A DNA stretch of 64,000 nt, taken from Gracilinanus agilis (taxonomy: Eukaryota). The DNA lies in the NCBI RefSeq assembly GCF_016433145.1, contig NC_058130.1, positions 40,200,182-40,264,181 on the forward strand, read 5' to 3'. Below are positions 1 to 12,093 of this stretch, in pieces. The first letter of the stretch is position 1. The number at the start of each line of letters is the position of its first letter. The notes under the pieces were generated by a model. It was not told the DNA's origin. It did no database searches and saw only the letters and a list, made by a program, of their open reading frames with translations. Position numbers and translations under genes: made by a program.

Positions 1-339
1 TATATATATCAATATATAATTTCCTTATTGATATGATCATATCAGTATTGGGATAATTTAATCATGAAATTAATAAGCTATCTTTTCTGATCAATATTTA
101 CCAAATGTTATGGCTCTATTCCAGAGCAAAGATCTTTTATGCTCATTTTATAATTATAAATGAAAAAAAATCCTGAAGTTTCTCCCTAAATTCCTCATTA
201 TAAATTGGTCAAATCATAGATTTTTTTCTGCTGGGGCCTAATCAAATTTATTTTATGAATTATTTTATCCTTTGTCATAATAATATAGCATTTATAGTGT
301 TTTAATAATAATCATATAGTATTTTCATAATGGTTTAAT

Positions 340-550
340 GTTCAGAAAATGCTTTATATATATGCTCTCTCATTAGGTTCCTTCAACAACATTATAATGT
401 GGGTGCTATTACAATCCCCATTTTACAGATGATAAAACTGAGGCTTGTGGAAGTTAAGGGACTTTCTTATTTCACTAATGAAATTATGAAGCAAGATTTG
501 AATTCAAGTCTTCTTGACTCAAAGACCCAAACTACCCATTGCATGGCTGA
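340..550 (-). mobile_element. MIR (CORE-SINE), degraded
   Basis: Antisense core 'ccccattttacagatgataaaactgaggc...gatttgaattcaagtcttcttgactc'. Confidence 0.75.
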
Positions 551-562
551 GCTGCCTTAGTC

Positions 563-876
563 CATCTTTTCTTAGCCTTCCATTCATTTATTTATTTATT
601 CGTTCATTTTTACTTGTTTATTTGTTTGTTTGTTCATTTAGTTTGTTTATTCATTCATTTGTTTGTTTATGTATTTATGTATTTGTTTGTTTATTTATTT
701 TTGTCATAGACACCTTTGTCAGTCTGGTGGAGCCTTTAAAATCCACCTCAAAATAACATTTCTAAATGCATAAAATAAGATATATGAGATTACAAAGGAA
801 ATTTATTATATTGAAATGGTTGTTAAAATAATTATTTTTTAAATGAGAAGCATGGACTCCAGTTTAAGAAACCCTA
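563..876 (+). mobile_element. hAT/Charlie-type MITE with an internal (TTTA/TTTG)n expansion
   Basis: Body 'cctttgtcagtctggtggagcc...aaatgcataaaataa...gattacaaaggaa...attatattgaaa' is shared with 55413-55650. The 3' end is 'agtttaagaaacccta'. Flanks ccttagtc and ccctaatc match 6/8 as a TSD. Confidence 0.65.
581..702. repeat. Compound (TTTA/TTTG/TTCA)n microsatellite
   Basis: Directly visible. It produces the spurious ORF 514..756. Confidence 0.9.
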
Positions 877-1209
877 CCCTAATCAAATGTGGCTTGAACA
901 ATGCTAGCAGCAGAATTCTTACAGATATAAAAATGACTTGCTGAAATAGTCCAATTTCCCAAATGGCCAACAATGACCATAACCAATGACATTGCAGGTG
1001 AGAAGAGAAGGTTTGAGACAGTCACTGGCAAATGAATTCCACTATGTTTTATAAACGGTAACCTGGAGAAGGTAGGATAGAGGGATGAGTGGATAAAATG
1101 ATGAGGTTGGAACCACAAAATCTTCGATTCACATCTTACCTCTGACACTTATTAGCTATGAGAGACCATGGTGAAGTCATTTTGCTCTTTGAACAGTAGT
1201 TGTTAAATG

Positions 1210-1500
1210 GAGACACCACTATAGAGTCTGAAGACCTAGGTTCAAATCTTGGTTCTACCATGTACTCACTGTGTAAATTGTTTAACATCTCTAGGCCAAA
1301 GTTTCTTTATCTCTAAATAATAATAAATAATAAAAATATAAAAAGAATAACTCAATAATGAAATAATTTAAATTTAATTTAAAAAATAATTTAAAATTTA
1401 ATAATAAAATAATTTAAAATCAATAAAATAAAATAATAATAATAAAAGGGTTGGATATGACCTCTCTGGTTCCTCTTTATTCTAGATAAATGAACCTCAG
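1210..1500 (+). mobile_element. MIR interrupted by a ~130-bp almost pure A/T low-complexity tract (1316-1446)
   Basis: Head 'agagtctgaagacctaggttcaaatc' and tail 'gggttggatatgacctc' flank the AT tract. Confidence 0.65.
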
Positions 1501-1964
1501 GCAGATTCTTAGTATTATCTATAAAATCACAGAGAGGTTTAGCTTGATCTTGGGAAAGTGAGTTTCCATTTTCTGCACTCCCTAACTTTGGCAGTGAGGA
1601 GAATACTAAAATTCTTTTAGTGAAGTATATTCTCCAGAGTATTGGGCTTGAAACTGAGATAATTCTTTATAAGTATGTAATAGAATGATCTCTTTTTGTT
1701 TATGATTCATAGGTTCTTTCATTCTTTACTTCACCTATTATATCCCTGTTCATCCTTCAAAATCCAACACATATCACTTCCTCCATGAAGGCTTTCCCTA
1801 ACCATCCTGTCAGTAAGCAACTTCTCTCTGTCAACTTTCAATATTATTTTGTTTTTCAATTATTTGATAAATTGGTCATATAAGGGTATATCTATATCTA
1901 TATCTATATCTATATCTATATATTTGTTCCTTTTTTCCTATCAGACTATAAACTCCATAAAGAA

Positions 1965-2170
1965 AGGGGTTATATATTCTCTAAAATATATCTTTTCCCT
2001 CATCAATTTCATAGTGCTCCTGAGAAGGAGGTATAGGAGGTATTTAATGATGGTTGTTCAGTTGATGAATGAATGGAATAATCAATCCATCAACAACCAT
2101 CTATAAAGTACCTACTATGTATCAGGCACTGGAAATGCAAAGATAAAAAGTAAGATAGTTTATGTCCTAA
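1965..2170. mobile_element. Two L2 3' tails in tail-to-tail orientation
   Basis: A + tail ending '...gttgatgaatgaatg' abuts a - tail 'caatccatcaacaaccatctataaagtacctactatgtatcaggcactgg'. Confidence 0.7.
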
Positions 2171-2331
2171 AGAATATATAGATGAATAGATCAATGTTTA
2201 TGTAAGTAGATAATTAGATAGATTACATAAATAGGAAGATAGATCAGTAAGTAATGAGATAAATACATAGATGATGACTAAGATGATAGACGTATAAAGA
2301 GATGGATGGAAGAAAGATATATCGCTAGAGG

Positions 2332-2333
<2 letters not shown>

Positions 2334-2388
<55 letters not shown>
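2334..2388. repeat. (GA)n microsatellite
   Basis: Perfect run, preceded by a degenerate (GATA)n region at 2190-2330. Confidence 0.95.
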
Positions 2389-2389
<1 letters not shown>

Positions 2390-2554
2390 ATTCATCAAAT
2401 ATTTATGTGCCAGTCATCCAGTCATTGTGTTAAACTCTGGGGGTACAAATTCAAGTAAGCAAACAGTTGCTGTCCTCAAAGCGTTTACATTCTGCTGGAA
2501 GAGAAGCATGAATATCATCATGTTTAGGGAGTATAAATTATTTGTTGAATTAAA

Positions 2555-2740
2555 AATGAAGTTTAACACAGTGCATAGTGTATTGGACTGGGAATCAGGA
2601 ACAAATGATATCCGCTTTTGCCTCTCATACCTGATTCTTCTGGGAATCACTTCATTGGCTTGTTAAGCAGTTCAAATGAGATTGTGGAATTAAAGCACAT
2701 TGTAAACATTTAAGTACTATACCAATGTTGGTTATTATTT
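2555..2740 (+). mobile_element. MIR
   Basis: 'cagtgcatagtgtattggactgggaatcagg...aaatgagattgtgg...aaagcacattgtaaacatt'. Confidence 0.65.
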
Positions 2741-3557
2741 AATTATAGATATTCTAATTTGTCCTAAAAGATCAATTATTTCCCAAGAATTAAAGGTCTC
2801 TGATAATTCCACACAAGCCTGATAGGATAAATCAACTGCAGCATTTTACAGATCATCTATTGTGTAGAACATCCCAGTGGAATGGAAGTTCCCTAAAGAA
2901 ATGAACCATTTTCATTCTTGTCTTCATCCCAAGGTGCCTTACAGTAGCATGCCTATCCTATTCTATATAACCTGTACTCTAGTAGCGATTTAATAAATAT
3001 TTATTTGTTGCATTGTATTTCCCACCCCCGAAGATATCACTAAACTTTTGACTCGTATTATTAGGTTTCCATTTAAGAGTTCCAGTGTTATATATCAACT
3101 AAGTTGATTATAGCATATATGTATATATATATGAATATATATATGTATATAGGCAGGAAGAAGCGCAAAGAGTTTGTATGATCTAAATATGACTTGTTGA
3201 TGCTTGTAAAACTCTTGAAGTATCACAGTTTTGTTTGAAATAATCCTTCTAGACAATGTCTTTTAAAATGTAAATATTATAGCAAATGGAAACAAATAAA
3301 GTCCCCAATTCTTTATGCAGTAATTTTAACATATAGTTTCCTTCCATAATTGGGGTAGGCCAATAGAAGAAAGAGTATTTAGGGCAAAGATGTTTGTGTG
3401 ATGAACCTTTTGTTAGTATAGTGAAGTTCATGTATCCCTTCTCAGAAGAGTGCATAAAATTAATCAAATGAATAAAAATAAATAAATAAATAGAATGAGT
3501 AAAATTAAATTATGTGCATAAAACTAATACATAGGATGAAATGAGACCAATTATTTT

Positions 3558-3559
<2 letters not shown>

Positions 3560-3609
<50 letters not shown>
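3560..3609. repeat. (CA)n microsatellite
   Basis: Perfect run. Confidence 0.95.
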
Positions 3610-3612
<3 letters not shown>

Positions 3613-3689
3613 CCATATGTCCAGAGATTGAAGGTTGAAAAACACTAAGGAATTATTTTTTCTCCAGCTTACCTAAGTGAAATTAGTGT

Positions 3690-3875
3690 ATTGTACAATA
3701 AAGTTCACTGGATCAGTAGTCCCGAAACTTGGAATCTAGTCCCAGCCTTGCTAATAACTAGCTTTATAACTTAGGGCAATTCACTTAACCTCTCTGGGGT
3801 TTGGTTCCCTCATCTTTGAAATAAGAGGAATGAACTTGTTGATGTCTAAGGTCCCATACATCTATAAAATTCTAT
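3690..3875 (+). mobile_element. MIR/CORE-SINE
   Basis: Core 'ttagggcaattcacttaacctctctggg...cctcatctttgaaataagagg'. Confidence 0.7.
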
Positions 3876-4404
3876 TAACTAGTCACTACCCATCAAGTAT
3901 TTGTATAATTTACTTTTCTTTCATAAATAGTTCAGAACATTCTTCTCCCTTTGGGGTTGCCTATTGTTTTCATATTTTCTTATTATCCTTTATATTCATT
4001 CAAAGGTACAGCTACTGTTCTATTATAGCCATTTGTACATTTTAAAAATTTAATCTTTTTTTCTCTATTAAAAGCCCTAAACACATTGTTTTCTAGGATA
4101 GGGAAAAACTATAGTGATTGATGAATGTTATAATTTTTACTTTGGACTTCATGTATATCACATTCCACATAAACTAGTTGCTTGCTGATTTTCTAAATGC
4201 AGACACACACAATTTTCTAAAGGGAGGAAAAGGTTCATTTTTATTGGCTAAGCAGCTCCCTTCCTCTAATAATGACAGTTATACAAATATACCTAATTGC
4301 CTTCCACATTGGCACTCCGTATTTATTTCTCCAAGGACATTGCTGTAGGTAGGCTGGAAAATACCAACATTCTGAAACCCAATTTGTCATTTTGTAAGGC
4401 TGAA

Positions 4405-4735
4405 ATGCATTTTTTTTAAATCCAAAGATATTTTATTTTCCTAATTATAAGTAATAATAATCTTCAACGTGTTTTCCAAAGTTATAAGATCCAAACCAGC
4501 TCCCTCCCTCTTTTCTCTTCCCCTACTCAGAGATGGTAAGAAATTTGATCTGGGCCATACATGTATTCCTCATACAAAACACACTTCTCAGTTGGTTATT
4601 GCAAGAGACTCTCATAGAACACCTAAACCCCAAATAAAAAATGAATATGCACTGATGTGAAAAATAGTTGCATGTTGGTATGAATGTTTTGTCCCTGTAT
4701 TTCAGAGAATCCATCTTCATCACCTCCTTATTTCC
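4405..4735 (-). mobile_element. L1 3' UTR fragment (marsupial L1)
   Basis: Poly-T start, then 'ccaaagttataagatccaaa...ctccctcc...aatttgatctgggccatacatgt', typical of an antisense marsupial L1 3' end. Confidence 0.7.
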
Positions 4736-5094
4736 ATATAGTTATGGTTCTTAAAATGTGGTAGGAATTTATTTTCTTTTTCATCTTTTGGTAAGATGAA
4801 TTATACAATGTATCAGCAGTTAATGAAGAGGAAATAATGATGAGCATGCATTGTAAAATATATTAGCACACTAATTAGATGATAGCAGAATTGCTTACGG
4901 ATGTCTTTTAAACACCTGCTTGGTAATTTTCAGGCCTAAGTGTTACTTCATTTAACAATACATGCTTAATTAGAAGGCAGAGTTAAGATTAAATAATAAA
5001 CTCTGGGTAGCACAGCAGGTCCTATGCTTTCAACTTTCCACCCCATCAATAAGATTTAGGGAACCAATAAATCTTTTCACAAGAGGTTTAAGGA

Positions 5095-5370
5095 TAAGTA
5101 GGTAGACATATAGATAAAAATAATGATTGATGATTGATAGATGATGATCATGATTATGATAGAGGATGATGATGAAGATGAATAGATGATGATGATGATG
5201 ATGATGATGATGGTTGTGGTGGTAGTGGTGATGGTGATGGTGATTATAATGATAGCTAGTGATGTGTAGGTAGCTAGATAAATAAAAGCCAGATAAAGGT
5301 AAGAGTTAAATAAATAATAGATAAATGATGATGAGGATAGATTAAAACTTGATGAGGATGCTGATGATAG
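5095..5370. repeat. Compound (GATA)/(GAT)n/(GGT)n simple repeat
   Basis: Directly visible. It is the source of the poly-I/T/S ORF 5077..5385. Confidence 0.9.
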
Positions 5371-5374
5371 ATAG

Positions 5375-5700
5375 ATATTAGTCAAAGAATTTTGTAAATG
5401 CTAATTGTGTGCCAAATATACTTGACCATGGATGTAGAAATACAAATGAGCAAGGCAATCCTTCCCTTTAACGGGCTTATGCTCCAATGGAAGGTGACAA
5501 GACTTAAAGAGAAGCTACTAAAGGAGGAGTGGGAGGGCATGACGAAGAGACTGGAAATGGTGTGGAAATGGCAATGGTCTGAGTCAGATCAAACTCAGGC
5601 AGAAGCTTACCTGGTATTAAAAGATGAGGACAGTATGCAAGGAGTGGATTCCAAGGCTTGGGTGAGAGGAAAATAAAGATGATCAGTGTAAAACATGAAG
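5375..5700 (-). mobile_element. L2 3' fragment
   Basis: 'tgctaattgtgtgccaaata...gcaaggcaatccttccctttaacgggcttatgctccaatgg' followed by the purine-rich antisense L2 body. Confidence 0.55.
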
Positions 5701-5849
5701 TATAGTGTCCTCAAAATGGTAGCAACAATTGAGATTTATCTAATATTATCATTCCTTCTCCACTACTCAGACAGGGCATACAGTTGAGGCAGTGCAAGGA
5801 AAGAAGGGGAATAAAATAGTAAAGAGAAAGGTAGGCTTTTTCAGGTGGA

Positions 5850-6050
5850 GTCAATGTTGTGATGTGGAAAGTACAATGGCTCTGGAGTCAGAATACATGA
5901 TTTCAAATCCCACATTATATATTTATTTCCTTTGTGACTTAGGGCAGGTCCTCTCAGGGCCTCAGTTTCCATATCTGCAAAATGAGTGAATTGCATTAGA
6001 TATTCTCTGGTGACCCCCTCTAGTTTTAGAACTATGATCCTTCTTGAGCA
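5850..6050 (+). mobile_element. MIR
   Basis: 'gctctggagtcagaa...gtgacttagggcagg...ggcctcagtttccatatctgcaaaatgag'. Confidence 0.8.
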
Positions 6051-6469
6051 GAAATCTCTACTGTTCATCTCTGTTGTACCTGCTAAGCTAAAACAAAGAT
6101 CCTGACTTTGCACAGAGAAAGTATGTGACTGCTTATTAGGGGGCTGACATGCTTTAGCAAGACAATCCCAAGATTTTAAGTCATTGAACCAGGCCTCAAA
6201 TACTTATTTGGTTCAATCTTGGGCAATTTATTTAATCTTAACCTCTCTGGGGCCTCCACTCTCCTCAAATTTCAACTGAGAGTTGGATGATGCCCTCTGA
6301 GGTCCCATGTTGCTCTAAACCCTATCATCTGATAAAGTCTGTTCTCTGGGGGATTGGGCCAGCTTTTCTACTTCTAAAAGTAACTATAACTGTTGCTTAA
6401 AATCTCTTCGTACAGAGGATTGGCTTCATTGGTATGAAAAGCTTTAAATAAGGATACTCCTTTAATCAA

Positions 6470-6740
6470 TAAAAATAGGAGAAAGGTAATAAGCAAATAT
6501 ATTGCACCTACTCTGTGCCAGATACTGAGGGAAAGGATTTGCAAATATTATCTTATTTGAGACTAACATTAACATTCAAGGTAGGTTCTGGTATTATCCC
6601 ACTTTAAAATTGAAGAAACTGAGGTCAAGTGACTTGCCAAGGGTCACACAGCTAAGAAGTATCTGAGTCTTGATTTGAAATTCGCTCTTTCTGACTCCAG
6701 GATAAGGTTTCAATTCACTGAGACATCTTGTTGCTTCACA
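6470..6740 (-). mobile_element. MIR/Mar1-type CORE-SINE
   Basis: 'gaagaaactgaggtcaagtgacttgccaagggtcacacagctaagaagtatctgag...ctgactccagg'. Confidence 0.8.
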
Positions 6741-7269
6741 CATCTTAGAGTTTTAGAGAACTGCCTAGAGTCCTGAGATGTTCCTATGGTCACAAAATCA
6801 GAATGTGGCGGAGATGGGACTTAAACCCAAGCCTTCCCAATTCTGCAGTGAGCTCTCTACTATACTATACTGACTGTTGTGTAGGGAACAAATTATTCCT
6901 TTACACATTCAGAGGTAAGACTTTAAGTTAAGTTGTCCCTGAGACAGAATACATGATAGATTTTCATTGATGTAGTAATGACTGGTTCAGATGTTCATAA
7001 AACCATAGTATCTTGGAGTTATAGGGACCCTCTGAAGCCAAATCATTTTCTAGGCAGGAAGGCTGATTCCAAAATAACTGACAGGTTGTGATCTCACCTC
7101 ATTTTGAAGACCTACAGTAAAAGATAACTCACTGCCTTCTATGTCCAGGCATTTTACTCTGACGCATCTCTAATTCTTATGAAGTGTGAACTTATATTGA
7201 GCTAAATTTCTTTTTCTTTCTGAAAGATGTACCCTTTGCTCTTTAGTTCTCTCCACAGAAATCTTGATC

Positions 7270-7560
7270 ATATTACATTTGAAGTATGAGTGGGGAATTG
7301 ACAGGAGTGAGGAGACATTCAAGGAAGGGAGACCACTGTAAATGTTATTACAATATTCCATGTGTAAAGTGATGAGAGCTTGCACAAGAGTAGTGGAAGC
7401 GATAGAGAAAAAGAGAATACATATAAGAGAGGTAGTATAAAAGTAGAGTCAATAGGACTTGGCAAGGGATTGTAGATGAGAGATGAGAAGGAGTGAGGAG
7501 GTGGAAATAACTCCTATGTTGTGAACCTTAGTTGACTTGGAAGAATCCTAATACTCTTTG
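7270..7560 (-). mobile_element. L2 fragment
   Basis: Purine-rich 'agtagagtcaataggacttggcaaggg...gtgaggaggtggaaataactcc', typical of antisense L2. Confidence 0.6.
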
Positions 7561-8544
7561 TATTGAGATTTGGAGACATTACTGTATTGGAATTATTATC
7601 TACTTAGTAGAAAAAAGGTAGGGACTTATCTCAATTTAGACCAAATACTAAAATAAATGGAACTATTTTTGGATTTTTCAATGTATTTAGAAGCTCACCT
7701 CCATTTTACGCATTTAATTAGCTAAACAGGCTTTTGTATGATTGTATATATGTATGTGTGAAAGACACAACAAACCTATTTTCAATAAAGTGATAAGTTC
7801 TTCAGCTTAAAAAAGTCAAATTCTAAGTAGCTTTTAGCCTTGTGCATCTCTCTCATTATTTTCTTTAATGCTAATGCACAAAGGAAACCAGATAGCTTTA
7901 CTTAAAAGTCTTCAGATTTGAAAGAATGTTTTCTATATTCAAGTTATGTAATTTCTGAAGAATTCTGCTGCTTGTGTTCAGATAGACATAATGTAAAAAT
8001 ATATATTTGTATGAAACTTGTTGTCTTTTGAAACAAACCTTCTTGAATTAAGTTCCCAAATTAATATCACTATCCTTTGGAATTTATAACTTGGTGGCAT
8101 GAACCAAACATTAACTTAGAAAATAATGTTTATCATAGATGGAAATATATCAAAGACATAAAACCCATTTTCAAAATAAAAATAGTTGAGAAAATACAAG
8201 TGTCTCCTTTGAAGGCTTTAATTCATTTTTATTTGCATTATTAATTTTTATTTATTATTTACAACTAATATGGAAATGCTAGCACCACTTTCCCCCCTGT
8301 GATTGAATCAAATAAAATTCAAAGTGCTTAAATTATCATTTGATCTTGGATTGTTATTTTAACATTATGTTTAATATTTGGTCGCCTACATTGCTTAAAG
8401 AAAACCATACAGATAATCCCTGATCAAGACTGGTAACACTGATATGAAAGACTAACTGGTACTTTGTAGGCTAGAGAAAAGTGAATGATGTTAGATAATT
8501 AAAGGTAACTAGTTTTCTTGAAAAGAGATTTTCTTCTTTTTCAG

Positions 8545-8591
8545 TCCTACAGCCTCTTTTTTCAATCCATGCCAGTTAGTAAAATACTCTG
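8545..8591 (+). CDS. Candidate short coding exon (PTASFFNPCQLVKYS), gene unidentified
   Basis: Strong acceptor 'ttttcttctttttcag|', consensus donor 'ctg|gtgagt', open frame, non-repetitive context. Inference only. Confidence 0.3.
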
Positions 8592-8914
8592 GTGAGTAAC
8601 GTTTTTCTTTTTGTCCAACCAAAGTCTCTTGACATACTTTCATTTCCTCATTTAGTCCTCAAAAAATAGAGATTGATTTTTTTCAAGTATATAACTGAAG
8701 GCCAAAAAAAATGACTTTATATCTGTTTCTAGATTACCTGTCCCCAAATTACTTATTCTTTTATCTTCATATTTAATAATGATCCCTTTAATCATCATGA
8801 TCATCCTTATTTGACATTAAAATGTTATTATTTATTATTATGTGAAAAGATCATAAAATCAGGATCATGGAGTTGACACAATCATCTCCTCCTTTGCTAT
8901 CTTCAATTGAAGAG

Positions 8915-9020
8915 ATGGCCAACAAACAAAAATCCTACCTGAACCTGAAATATTCAACAGTTTTGAGTGGGAAAAAGATGCCAATGGAGTAACAAGGATA
9001 TGCATTATTAATTCATACAG
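8915..9020 (+). CDS. Candidate coding exon (DGQQTKILPEPEIFNSFEWEKDANGVTRICIINSY), gene unidentified
   Basis: Pyrimidine tract then AG at 8913-8914, donor 'cag|gtaaca'. The frame is open and phase-compatible with 8545-8591. Confidence 0.3.
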
Positions 9021-9944
9021 GTAACAGATGAGAAGAGATGATAAAACCCAGTATGCTATTTTATGGTGAAGGTCTTTTTCAGCACTAAGGATAGATCCTA
9101 AGCAACTCTCATATATTAAAATGATGTTCTTGCTTGGTGTGCTTTCTCCTATGTTTCCCTAATGGATCAAATATAGGCATATATTCACTCTGAAGTAGTT
9201 TTTCCCTGATCCCTTCACTGAGCCTTGGTCAGCAGGCAGTAAAGTCAAGAACCCCAAAGAGGTCAGAGACCAATGACAGCATAGCTCCTGTGTTTTGTTA
9301 CTGAGTGAGTACTGTTAAAACTCAATTTAACTCTGACTTCTGATACAGAAGCCCTTTCTTTAATATTAGGTTCTTGATTTTATTTCAGGCTTACAGTGTT
9401 GATACCAGTAATTTCTCATTGTAATTCTGACTATAAACTAACATATGAGCTTGTGCTTTCTTATGCTCTTTTCTTAGAAGTACAACTTGGTCTGGAACAG
9501 AAGTGTCTGATAGCAATTAGTGTCTCACTATAAAATTCAGTCTCTATGGTTACTCATACATCAAAAATCCATGATTTTATCCTGTAATTACACAATGAAT
9601 TGAAGTAACTTGTCATTATTTATAATCCTATAGTCTATTTCACCCCTTCCTTCCAATATATACCTCTCAGAGTATCTCCTTAATAGAATAGGAGCCTTCG
9701 GATCATTCTTTTAGTATTTCATGGCAGCAGTGTCTCTCTTGGGTAGTCCACTTATGCTACATTTTTCTTGGTAAATGACCAATCCACTATTGGTCAGACA
9801 TGCACAAATTCAATAATGGTCTCCAATATGGGCAATTCCTGCTGTGGGAAATGCATCTGTGAAACTTGGATCAAAACCATTCTATGATTTCAAGAGAAGT
9901 CCTGTTTTAGAGATAGTGTGATACAATGGAAGTACACTGACTTT

Positions 9945-10715
9945 TGTAAGTCAAGTTTTGCAAGGTTTTGCAAGATGCCATGCCTGTGGGCACAGTTTGC
10001 AGTTGGACACTTGGAATCTTGGGAGATTCCTGATACCATCCTGGGGCATGAGACCAATCATCTGTAGGGCTGTACCCTTTATAAGGGAGGCAGAGACTGG
10101 ACCCAGAGACGCATTCTGGAGCCTGTGATCCAGGGTGGAAGGGTGGAGAATGTGGGTTTAGATAACTTACTTAGGTAGGTTTTATCTATCTTAGCTGGCC
10201 AATAGCAACATCTCATTGACAAACCCAACAATCTCTTAGGAAACTAAATATATTTCAACCGACCAATTATTCTTCATATGACTCAGGGCTTCTCAGCCCT
10301 GGGTCAGCAGTTGAGTATTTATTCATCAATTTATCTTCAATGAAGATATCATCTAATTTGTCTATAGGCAAGCAGTATCCACCAAAGCAGGCCTGATCGA
10401 CCAGTGGCCTGCCTGGGCCAGCAGGCCTGGTTAGTTCAGCTATCAACATTCTAAAGCTGTTAGATATAATATTTATAACTAGGATCAAACTTCATTTAGG
10501 GATTCCTAATAACCCTCTTCCCTTCTATCAGTTACCCTTGTTGTTTTAATTTACACCAGTAAAAGCTTTCTTTTCAAAAGTCAATCCAGCTACTGACCTT
10601 TTTTTTGGTTGACCTGGCAACAGATCAGCCTCAAGGAAGTTCTAGGGCAAGTTAAAGGATCAGAGGAGTTCCAGTTTTACTCCCTGAAGTTAAGCTTAAC
10701 TACCATCAATAATAT
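9945..10715 (+). mobile_element. Solo LTR (ERV-derived, ~770 bp) inserted into a MIR head
   Basis: Starts TGTAAG, with a 4-bp TSD CTTT (9941-44 and 10716-19). Removing it restores the MIR-like 'cactgactttagtcaga'. CCAAT at 10054, TATAAG at 10080, AGTAAA at 10558. The 3' end is degenerate (no terminal CA). Confidence 0.65.
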
Positions 10716-11139
10716 CTTTAGTCAGATGTGTTACTAATTTCTCATTGATATTCTGATATTTTGATTTAGTTATCATTAATTGAAACATTAGTTAGTGCCA
10801 GGAGGCTAGTCTTCCTGAAGAAACACACTGATTGGTTGAGGGAATTCTACAGGAAGTTTAGTTGTCTTATCTGATTTCCTGTTTATATCTAAGGAAAGTT
10901 TAAAGCTCCTTTGTCATCTGGAGATTTGTGATTTACCTTTTCTTAACAATTACATCTTTATAATCAAGTCCCTCAAGGATCTTAACACTGTGGAATCAAA
11001 GGAGTTTGATCAACATCTTACCTAAGACATTTTCTGTATGTCTGACCTTAGATGCATTTAACCAATCTGGTTCAGATTCCTCATCTTTAAATTTAAAAGA
11101 GTTGAACTATTATCCTGGCAAATTGCCTGAATGAATTTT

Positions 11140-11355
11140 TATTGTTGTACAACCATTTCAGTCACATCTTTTTGTGACTTCATTTGGGCTTTTCTTGGCA
11201 AGGATACTAGAGTGGATAATCATTTCATTCTCCCTCCCATCTTACAAATGAGGAAACAGGCAAAAAGATTACATGACTTGCCCAAGGTCACATAATTAGT
11301 ATCTGTAACTGAATTTGAACCTGGGTCTTCCTGATTCTAGGTGTGGCATTTTATC
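11140..11355 (-). mobile_element. Mar1-type SINE (CORE plus RTE/BovB-like tail)
   Basis: 'ttttcttggcaaggatactagagtgg...ttacaaatgaggaaacagg...gacttgcccaaggtcac'. Confidence 0.8.
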
Positions 11356-12093
11356 TACATAGTCACCTACCTGCCTTGGGGTATACAAAGATCAAATGGC
11401 TTTTCCATGGTCATAAAGCTAATGGTAGAGGTGAGATTTGGACTTAGGTCTTCTTGACTTTCAAAGGCCCCATTTGAACTTAATACCACACTTTTTTTGA
11501 AGATGCAAAATTCAGTAATATTTTAAACAACTTCTGTCATGCAAGTCAACACTGACAATATGAATGAAATAAGAAGAAAAGGTCACCAACTATGAATGAT
11601 AATGATGATGACAATGACAATGATGAAAATGATGATAGCTAGCATTTATATAGTGCTCTAAGGTTTTCAAAACACTTTGTAAATCTGATATTATTTTATC
11701 CCCAAAATAAGGTTGACATTATTATTTCCATTTTATAGATGATTTAATAGAAAATGCAAGTATCTAAGAGATTCTACTATGTGAATGAATAGGCAAAATT
11801 GTCCAAGACTATGTAATTTGGGATGAGACTAATACAGCCACATCAGGGACCATCAGATGCCTGATATGTTTTGCAATGTTGTGAATGATCCATGAGTGTC
11901 TCCTGCTGCATTCTGAATGCTTCTGAGAGAAGCATGAAGTATAAGACTTAGGGATGACACCATGATAATACAGGATCTGTGGAGCCCTATAGAAAGAAGA
12001 GGGTACACATTTCCCCTGAGACATCTCAGAATAGTTAAAGAGAAAACATAGGAAGAATCATGAAGGGTGAGTCTTAGCTAAGGTACCATAGGT

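Noticed and set aside
8862-9020. Selenocysteine read-through idea (DHGVDTIISSFAIFN*RDGQ..., TGA at 8908-8910)
   Set aside because: No SECIS element was identified. The upstream segment is better explained as the polypyrimidine tract of an acceptor.
9655-9890. Possible RTE or CR1 fragment on the minus strand
   Set aside because: Too degraded to assign a family or boundaries.
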